This document shows positions 54,694 through 64,000 of a stretch of DNA of 64,000 nt, one piece after another. The position numbers and the translations under genes are program-made. The notes beneath the pieces are model-generated. The model ran no database searches. It saw only the letters and a list, made by a program, of their open reading frames with translations, and had not been told where the DNA came from. Position 1 is the stretch's first letter, and every line of letters starts with the position of its first letter. Source of the stretch: Eledone cirrhosa (lineage: Eukaryota); contig OZ024741.1 in the NCBI GenBank assembly GCA_964016885.1, positions 14,756,001 to 14,820,000 on the forward strand, given 5' to 3'.

Positions 54694-57619
54694 TGTTTCT
54701 TTTTATTTGCCACCAGGGCATCAAAAAGTGGAACAAGTACAATGGAGGGAGTTTACATGAAAAGGCGAGTAAAGAAAATAAATAACAAATATAAAATTAA
54801 CAATAAACTTAACAATATGTCCTCAATAGGGAGGGGGCGTTTGGAGGGGTCACCCCCCCCCCCGAAAAAAAGTGTGCAACCCTTCCCCTCAGGAGCACAG
54901 AGAGAGGGTGCTCCCTCGTTCCTTCCTCCTTTCCACCTACAGGCTTATGTAAAGAGAAGGCCCATTTACGGGAGTCATTCTAACCACTTTCACCCACCTT
55001 TCATAAAAACGGCTGGGGTGGAGCACCTCTCTCGCCATCCTGATCCTTCTTCCGAAATGATATCGGAAGAAACGGACTAGTTGTTGGCCAGAGAGAAAGG
55101 TGTCTGACCTCAGTCCTTTAAGACGCGTCCACCATACAACCTCTTTCGCCATGGCTATTACGCACAGAAACACCGCCTCTCCTTCGTTTTTGAAGAGGGG
55201 AGGCGGCTTGATCGTTACAATAGACTCGGTGGTCAACCGGATCGGTCCCACCCTTGACATCAGTTGTTCGACATAGCCCCACAGATCAGCTACGCCCGAG
55301 CAGTGTACCAATACGTGTGCAACGGTTTCCTCGTCGCACACGCATCTGGGACAGATCTTTTTGGCGGGGTCCCTACCCGGGCGCCCGTGTCTGTAGAGCT
55401 TTTCTCGAACGGGTAGAGCCCCTCGGTAGCACTGCCAGGCCAGGGACTTCTGGAAGTTGTCCATAGATCCCGGGCTGAATGTCCTACCGAACAGGCTGGC
55501 CAGTTTGTCTTCCTCCATGTCTAGGGCTTCTCCGAGGGCGTCGTCGCACCTGCTGCGTACCAGCCCTCTATAGAATGTTACGGTGGAGTCTCCACTGATA
55601 ACCGGATTCGTCTGCCAGAGGGCGGTGAGCGCCTGGGCACACTCAGTGTGCCAGGCGCCCAGTTTTCTCGGTCTTTGCTTGACCCAGGATTGCAGCTCGG
55701 TGAGTGAGACGAGTCTGGGAAAGGTTCGCCTCACAAACGAGGCCGACACCGGTTGACTGGTGAGGAATAGGTGGAGGTGCCGTAGCCTTAATGCGTGTTT
55801 ACGCATCATTAGCCACGGCATCCCCAGCTCTCATTTCGAAGGGTGTTGACAGCAGATGGATCTCCTCACCAAAGGAGCCCGCCTCTTCCAAAGGAATTGG
55901 AAGAGCGCGCGCTCCATCTTGGCGAGGGTTTCCCTTGGGCAAGGCACGACGGTCAGGCGGTAGTAGGTGACGGACGCTATATAGGTGTTCGCCAACTCCG
56001 CCCGACCTTTCAGGGATAGTTTGCAACTGGCCCACTTCTGGGTCAGTGCAAACACCCTGTTCGTAACCTCCGCCCAGTTCTTCTCCACCTGGAGGTCTGG
56101 TCCGAACCAGACCCCGAACAACTTCACCGGGCCCTCCGTCCAGCGTCCGACGACGCCATCGGAGGGCATCGGTTTGCCCCTCCACGTGCCGAGTTTCAAA
56201 CCGATCGACTTGTCCCGGTTCAGCTTAGCCCCTGTGAACCTTTCGTACTCCTCCAATAAGGTGCCGATCGCCCCGATTTCGGAGGCTGTCGACACAATTA
56301 CTGTCACGTCATCGGCGTAGGCCGACACCGCTTTCCGCAATCCCGGTTCCAAAGGGATGCCCTGCAACAACTCCAACTTCCGCAGTAGTGGCTCGAGAGT
56401 GAATACATACAGAAGGGAGGAGAGAGGGCACCCTTGTCGGATGGACCGCGCGATTTCGAACGGCTCCGAGAGGTAGCAGTTCACCTTGACTCTAGAGCAG
56501 ATGCGGCTGCTGTGCATAGCAGTGATCCAGCCCCTAAAAACGGGTCCGAAGCCTGCCGCCGCTAGCACCGCGTCCAGGTAACCATGGTCGACCCTATCGA
56601 ACGCCTTAGATTGATCCAAGTTGATCAGAGCCCCACCAAAGCCGGGTTCGTTCCCAACCCTCTCTATGATGTATCGCATGAGGTGGAGGTTGTCATGGAT
56701 GGACCTGGACGGGATAGCACATGTCTGCACAGCTCCCACCAGGTTGCCCACGACAAGCGCCAACCTCTTTGCTAGCACCTTGGCCAAAATCTGTAACTCT
56801 GTATTTAGCAGAGTTATGGGCCTGAAGTTACTTATTTCGTCCCCCTTGTTCTCGTCCTTCCTCACTAGCGTGACTACGCCCTTGGTCACAGCACAGGGAA
56901 TTCTCCCGTTCTGTTGCCAGTTGCAGTAGACCGCCTCGAGGAGATCGGGGAACAAGTCCGGCATAGCTAGATATAGTTCGTACGGAAGACCATCGAGACC
57001 CGGGGATTTGCGTTTGCCGCATTGGCTCAGCACGTCCTCTATCTCAGCGGCTGAAATCGGCTCCTCCTAGGACTTCGCCTCCCTGTTTGAGAGACGCGGC
57101 AGGCCGTCGAGGTATGGACCGAAGTCCACATCCCCAACCGGCTTCCCGCCCCTTCCGAACAATCGGGCAAAGTGCTTTTGAAAGGCCTCGCACATCTGCT
57201 TAGGTTCAAGGATCGCCCGCCCATCCTGGTCTCGCAAAGACCGGATGGTGGATTTAGTTCCACTCTTGGCTTCTGTCACGCGGGCCCAGCTAACAGCTTT
57301 GGTCCCCTCGTTCCCTAGAGCACGTATTTTACCTCGGACAACGCAGCCTTCGTGCTTCGCGTCGAAAAACTGGCTCAAAGCCGTTCTCGACGCTAGCACT
57401 CTGGCCACGTCGCCGCTTCTAATTGCCTCTTCTACTCTATCTATTAGCTCCCTTTCCTTCCTATTCCTATCCGCAGCTAGAACCTTACTAAATTCTATCG
57501 AGACTACTCTAATCTCTCTCTTTAGAGATACCCACCACCTGCTGTTGACGATCGCTCCAGTCAACCGCTCCTTAACTAACGTACTAATCCGGTCCCTGTA
57601 AGCTTTACTTGCCGGTAAG
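54694..57619 (-). mobile_element. Tx1/L1-clade LINE, copy C (diverged subfamily, 2.9 kb, frameshifts near 55825 and 57060)
   Basis: Same RT motifs; truncated just downstream of where the APE endonuclease would lie; (GATA)n both sides. Confidence 0.95.
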
Positions 57620-57742
57620 GATAGATAGGTAGATAGATAGATAGAGAATAAAACGAAAGCAATAACTACTATCACACTCCTTCCTCCTCCTCCTCCTCCT
57701 CCTCCTACTACTACTACTACTACCACTACCACTCTCCTCCTC

Positions 57743-57773
<31 letters not shown>

Positions 57774-57781
57774 CACTACCA

Positions 57782-57829
<48 letters not shown>

Positions 57830-57994
57830 TCCACAACACCACCAAGAATGAAGAGGTAATTCTAGGTTGTCTCACCTTATCTGTGTCAGGTGATGGAGAG
57901 AACATACTCTACACTTTTAAAAGGCAAACAATCACCGCATACACACATATATATATATAACCACACACACACACGCACACACATATATATATAA

Positions 57995-58031
<37 letters not shown>

Positions 58032-58072
58032 TATATAATTCAAAATTCAATAAGACCAAGTATTATTATTTT

Positions 58073-58118
58073 TTATTGTCCCCTGCATGTCGGCCCTTGT
58101 GGCAAATAAATGAAATCA
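58073..58118 (+). mobile_element. Extreme 3' end (~45 bp) of the Tx1-like family
   Basis: TATTGTCCCCT...GCCCTTGTGGCAAATAAATGAAATC versus copy B terminus TATTGTCCCCT...GCCCTTGTGGCTAATAAAGAAATC. Confidence 0.65.
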
Positions 58119-58127
58119 TTATTATAA

Positions 58128-58322
58128 TGGGCGGTGGATTGGCAGTATCGGTAGAGGGTCGGACGCCATGCTTTGACGTATAGAGTTACGGCCCTTGCCA
58201 TTCTGAGTTCAAATCCCGCCAAGGTTAACTTTGCCTTTCATCCTTACGGGGTCGATAAAATAAAGTACCAGTAATGTACTGGGTAATTGCTGGCCTTGTG
58301 CCAAAAGTAGAAACAATTATTA
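58128..58322 (+). mobile_element. Nin/Deu-domain SINE, full length
   Basis: Homologous to 14253-14440. Confidence 0.9.
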
Positions 58323-58560
58323 TTTATTCATACACCTCTACAGGCGTTTCAATGCGGCCAGAGTATCTCATCAATTGTGGAGAAAAAACAGATATTATCA
58401 GTAAAATAACTCCATTATAGGTGCTCTACTCAAAACTGTATATATATATATATATACTGTATATATATATATATATGGGGGGGGGGGGATTGTGTTAGGT
58501 AATTCCGAAGGAAAAGCAAAGGAAAAAAGAGTGCTCTATGTATAGAACAGAGCTATTTAA

Positions 58561-58689
58561 TTAGAAAGTGAACAACACAAAATATAACTACTCCATTACC
58601 AAATGGATCACAGACGTATATTATTAACGTCTGTAATCCAGAAACCTTTGGTAATGGAGTAGTTACATTTTGTGTTGTTCACTTGCTAA
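58561..58689. repeat. Fold-back centred on an HHR stem II (GAAACCTTTGGTA half-site)
   Basis: Inverted arms; same family as 28935-29100 and 31620-31790 (shared GAGTGCTCTATGT..ACAGAGCT). Confidence 0.75.
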
Positions 58690-58811
58690 ATATATATATA
58701 TATACACATATATACATATATATATATGTATATATATATATAGGAAGCTCCAACCGTTAAAGTTGTCTTTTCTCCGGGTATGTCAATATTTATTTATAAA
58801 ACAAATCTGTA

Positions 58812-58873
58812 TTTTATCTGATGAAAGCGCACCATAATTTGCCTTGGTTACCCTTGAAATATGTATAATAAAA
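58812..58873 (+). ncRNA. Type I hammerhead ribozyme, canonical core
   Basis: TTTTAT CTGATGA AAG..ACCA...TGGT..CTT GAAA TATGTA TA ATAAAA. Confidence 0.82.
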
Positions 58874-58901
58874 TAAATATGGTTTTATAAATATAGTTTC
58901 C

Positions 58902-58959
<58 letters not shown>

Positions 58960-59070
58960 AGAATGAGAGAGAGATCTTTGAGCGTGAAACTAATACACAT
59001 TTTTATTAATGCAACCTCTGGTTTGTCTGTTTCTTCTTTATATATATATATATATATATATATAAAGAAG

Positions 59071-59161
<91 letters not shown>

Positions 59162-59514
59162 TGTGTGTGTGTCTGTGTGTGTGTCTGTGTGTGTGTCTGT
59201 TTGTGTATGTATTAAATCTACCAATTATCAACGAATGTAATGACAGTAAATATTTACCGAATCTATGATACTTTTTTTAAAGTTGTTTGTTGTTCCCCTC
59301 CCTGAGTTCGATTTCCACCTCACTTCACCATACTTCACCTCACCTCACCTCACCATACTTCACCTCACCTCACCTCACCTCACCATACTTCACGCTTCAA
59401 CAAACACCATATAATCATATATTAACAATAATATATAAATATTGATGATGGACTTTGGAGCAGAGTAAATCGTTTGCCTTAACAATAAACGATGATTGAA
59501 TGATAATTAACTTT

Positions 59515-59571
<57 letters not shown>

Positions 59572-59593
59572 GTCATCATCATCGTCGTCATCG

Positions 59594-59628
<35 letters not shown>

Positions 59629-60909
59629 GGCATCATCATTAACAGCAGCAGCTGAAGCTCAACCATCATCATCATTATCACCATCATCATCAGCAGTAGT
59701 TGCAACATCAACTTCACGACCACCACCACCACCACCAAATCCATCCCACCCCACCACCCATCAACTTCACCATCACCCCCGCCCCACCATCATCATTATC
59801 ATAATAATTAGTGACATAATGATCTAAAGTATATCATATTTTATTGTTGCTGTTGTTGTTGGTGAAAGTTGTGTGAGTTTATGAGGTGAAGTGTTCGGAT
59901 CTGATGGTTTAAGGTTCGGATAAACGATAAGGAGGGGGGGGGGGATTCAGGCTTCGAGCCATTTAAGGGACATATATTGTAGTGATACTGGTGGTGGAGA
60001 TGGTGATGGTGAAGGTGAGGCTGATGGTGAAGGTGAGGCTGATGGTGATGGTGAAGGTGAGGGTGATGGTGGTGGTGATGGTGGTAGTGATGGATATGGG
60101 AGGTGGCGTAGATATGGGTGGCTGGTGAGGCTGATGGTGATGGTGACGGTGATGGTAGTGGATATGGGGAGGGTGATGGTGATGGTGGTGGTGGTGGTGG
60201 TGATGGTGGTGATGGTGGTGATGGTGGTGGATATGGGGGGGGGTGACAGGCTAGAAAGAACGGAAGTTTAAAGTCAGAGCAAATTAATATAACAGCCACA
60301 TAAAATATCATTAAGAACAATCGGATGTGGCGGTGGTGGTGGTGGTATGGTGGTGGCGTTGTTTGTGGTGGTGGTGGTGATGGTAATAGTGGTGGTGGTC
60401 TTGGTGGTGATGTTGGTGGTGGTGATGGGGGTGTGTGGGAATAGGGTTGTTGTTGGTGGTGATGGTGATGATGATGATGGTTGTTGTGGTGGTGGTGGTG
60501 ATGGTGATGGAATTGTTGCTGTTGTTGTTGGCGTTATTGTTGTTGTTGTTGGTGGTGGTGGTGATGGAGTTGTTGTTGTTGGTAGTGGTGATGGTTGTGG
60601 TGGTGGTGGCCCGATGTTGTAATAGATTATGGTCGTGTTGAGGACCACTATATCCTGAGCAGATATCCGACCATAGTTAAACTTGGGCTCAATATAATGA
60701 ATTACCAGCTATATTCTAGGGACTGATACATTATAAAACAATAACAAAGGACTACAAGAAAGAGTTTCCCAATAGGAAGGGACTGGGGTTTAGGGTGAAG
60801 CCCCCCTCCACAAAAAATGCCTTATAAAATCCCAGATACTCTTGTGCCTCACGGTCATAGAAACTCCCCTCCCTCAGTGGCTTTACTCCTATATAATGGT
60901 TTATTATAT

Positions 60910-61107
60910 ACGCACAAGGCCAGCAACTTTCGGGGAAAAGGGGAAAGTCAATTAAATCATCTCCAGTGCATTACTGGTACTTTATTTTATCGACCCTGTA
61001 ATGATAAAAGGCAAAGTTAAACTTGGCGGGATTTGAACTCAGACCTTAAAGGGCCGTAACTCTATGCTGCAAAGCATGGCGTTCGTCCCTCGACTGATAC
61101 TGCTAAT
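60910..61107 (-). mobile_element. Nin/Deu-domain SINE copy
   Basis: Homologous to 13790-13972, with a longer 3' segment. Confidence 0.85.
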
Positions 61108-61974
61108 AATGATAAATATTACAAGGATATTTTCTCCTACCCTGCTTGTCGCCTGGATGTGTTGGTGAACCCAGATTTTAAATTTTGACCTGATTCCTTT
61201 AATTCCCACTCTTAAAATTGTTCTCTTTATTTCTACCCAGTCCCAGCTCCCTTCTTCTCCTCCCCCCGACCCAGCCATCTACTCCCCCCACCACAATCTC
61301 TGCCTCCTCATCCTCCAGCTATTTAACCATTCTCACCTCCATCATCACCTACCACCACCACTCACTACCTCCACTCACCACTGCCGACGTCACCATCTTC
61401 CGACGTCAGCGTTCAACGACCGACACACCGCAGAAACCACCTCGCTTGCTCCATTTACACAACCTCATCTTTCTTGTTGTTGTTGTTTTTGTTGTTGTTG
61501 TTGTTGTTGTTCTTCTTCTTCTTCTCAACCTCCCCTACCCCACCCAAGCTGCCGCCACCCTATTCACCCTCCTCTTCATCACACCCTCTCTCTCTTTACC
61601 CTCTCCTCTCACTCATTTATACCTAAATTATAATTTATTCGTTTCGCCATTTAACTCTTCATCATTTTTAACAATAACCAACACCCACACCCCACCCAAC
61701 TCCACCTCATTCTCCGACCCTGTCATCATCTACCCCTACCCCCACCATCCCTTCTTTTCTCTCTTTGTAATGTCCCCCTTCCCCAGAGCCACTACCACAA
61801 CTACTACTAAAACTATCATCACCACTATCAGCAGCATCACTATAATCATCGCCATCGTCACCGCTACCACAATCACCACCCCCACCACCACTACCAACAC
61901 CATCACCGCCACCACTACCAACACCACAACCACTACCACACTCAATAATTCACCACTTCTCATAAATTTACTGT

Positions 61975-62716
61975 TTCACTAAGCTCCACTCATTAATCCG
62001 GTAAGTCCCACTCAATAATTCAGTCAATCTCACCTAAAAACTTATTACCTCTCATTCAATAATCATCTAAGTCTCACTCAATAATTCGCTTAGTTTCACT
62101 CAATATTTTACTAATTACTACTCGATATTTTGTTAGGTCTCTATCAATATTCATTAAGTCTCAATCAATAATTCACTAAACTCCACTCACTAATACGTTG
62201 TCACACTCAGTGCTTTCGTATATTTCACTCAATAACTTACCAAGTCTCGCTTAATAACACACTCATTCAATAACTTTTTACGTCTCACTCAACACTTCCC
62301 TAAATATCACTCAATAATCCACTAAGTCATACTCAGTAATTCACAAAGTTACACTCAATAAATTCCACAAATCACACTCAACCAACCCACCAAGTGACAC
62401 CCAGGAAGTCTCTAAGTCCCACTCAACCAAGCTACCAAGTGACACTCAGTAACTCTCTAAGTCACACTCTACCAATCCAGCATGTGACACTCAGTAACTC
62501 TCTTAGTTTCACTCAACTGAGCCACAATTTGACGCTCAGAAACTCTCTATGTCCCACTCAACCAAGTGACACTCAGTAAGTCTCTAAGTCTCAATCAACC
62601 AAGCCACCAAGTAACACTCAGTAACTATCCAAAGTCCCACTCAACAAAGCTACCAAGTGACACTCAGTAACTCTCTAAGTCCCACTCATCCAAGTGACAC
62701 TCAGCTATCTAAGTCA
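61975..62716. repeat. Degenerate tandem repeat: ~22-bp CACTCAATAATTCACTAAGTCT grading into 37-45-bp GTGACACTCAGTAACTCTCTAAGTCCCACTCAACCAA units
   Basis: Recurrent CACTCA core throughout. Confidence 0.8.
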
Positions 62717-62847
62717 TTATTTACTCTACTTTCACTTTTATATTTAAAGTGCTACCATATTTCTGTTACATTCTATTTTAATCCATGTTTTATTTGGTGC
62801 TTCTTATTATTTTCATTATTTTATTGTCGTCGTCGTCGTCGTCGTCG

Positions 62848-62879
<32 letters not shown>

Positions 62880-63236
62880 GGTGGTGTTGTTGTTGTTATT
62901 GTTTTTGTTGTTGTTGTTGTCGGTATTGTTGTCGGTATTGATGTTATTATTGTGTTGTTGCTATGGTTATTATTGTTGTTATTTTAATTAATCCCATCAA
63001 TTTCGTTTCCAGCCTCTTTTCCCCGCATATTCCTCCCACTTCCTGTCATCAGATCCACCTCCAGACAACCTTACACTCACACACACACTCTCTCTCACAT
63101 ACACACACACACACTCTCGCTCTCACATACACACACATACACACACACACACACTATCTCGCTCTCACACACACACAACCACACAATGTCTTTCTCTTTC
63201 TCCGTCCATGCATATATATGTATATTTATATCATAT

Positions 63237-63295
<59 letters not shown>

Positions 63296-63434
63296 CATAC
63301 ATATTTATATTATATTATACACACTCACACACACACGCATTCACATATATACGTATATATATATATAAACATATATATATATATAAACATATATATATAT
63401 ATAAACATATATATATGTATAATATAAATCTATC

Positions 63435-63640
<206 letters not shown>

Positions 63641-63643
63641 TAT

Positions 63644-63712
<69 letters not shown>

Positions 63713-64000
63713 ACTTCCTCGTCTGTTGTGTTTTTTCCGTTTACTTATCGCGTATACATATTTATATATGTGTGTGTGTGTGTCTGTGTGTGTGTGTGTG
63801 TCGGCGTGTCAGTGTGGGTCTGTGTGTCAGTGTGTGTGTGTCAGTGTGTGTGTGTATGTGTGTCAGTGTCTGTGTGTCAGTGTGTGTGTTTCAGTGTCTG
63901 TGTGTCAGTGTAAGTGTGTAAGTGTGTGTGTGTCAATGTGTGTGTGTGTCAGTGTGTATGTGTCAGTGTGTGTGTCAGTGTGTGTGTGTCAATCTCTATG

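Noticed and set aside
50818-57601. Plus-strand and alternate-frame ORFs over the Tx1 copies
   Set aside because: Shadow ORFs of GC-rich RT coding sequence.

Overview
Eukaryotic, very microsatellite-rich, apparently intergenic or intronic DNA. The SINE families and repeat landscape suggest a cephalopod (octopus-like) genome; this is inference. No intact host gene is visible, and nearly all ORF-track entries are translations of (TA)n, (CA)n, (GA)n, (GGT)n or (ACA)n. The non-simple sequence is mostly mobile elements: a frameshifted Penelope-like element (PLE, Naiad-type RT plus GIY-YIG, 26082-28520), three tandem 5'-truncated Tx1/L1-type LINEs each embedded in (GATA)n (50694-57619), RTE-type LINE remnants (one with a twin-priming-like inversion), deleted Tigger, Tc1 and hAT-type DNA transposons, and many tRNA-derived SINEs. 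The main signal is a dense population of short non-coding PLE-derived inserts in (TA)n tracts. By eye they carry about 25 type I hammerhead ribozyme (HHR) motifs from many distinct families: about 11 with a canonical CUGANGA...GAAA...UH core, plus recurrent variant cores, one with covarying stem II. They are often arranged as fold-back palindromes that turn at HHR stem II or copy the flank across the (TA)n. Candidate CTCF and YY1/Pho sites lie in the unique islands. All calls are from reading the sequence; no searches or folding computations were run.
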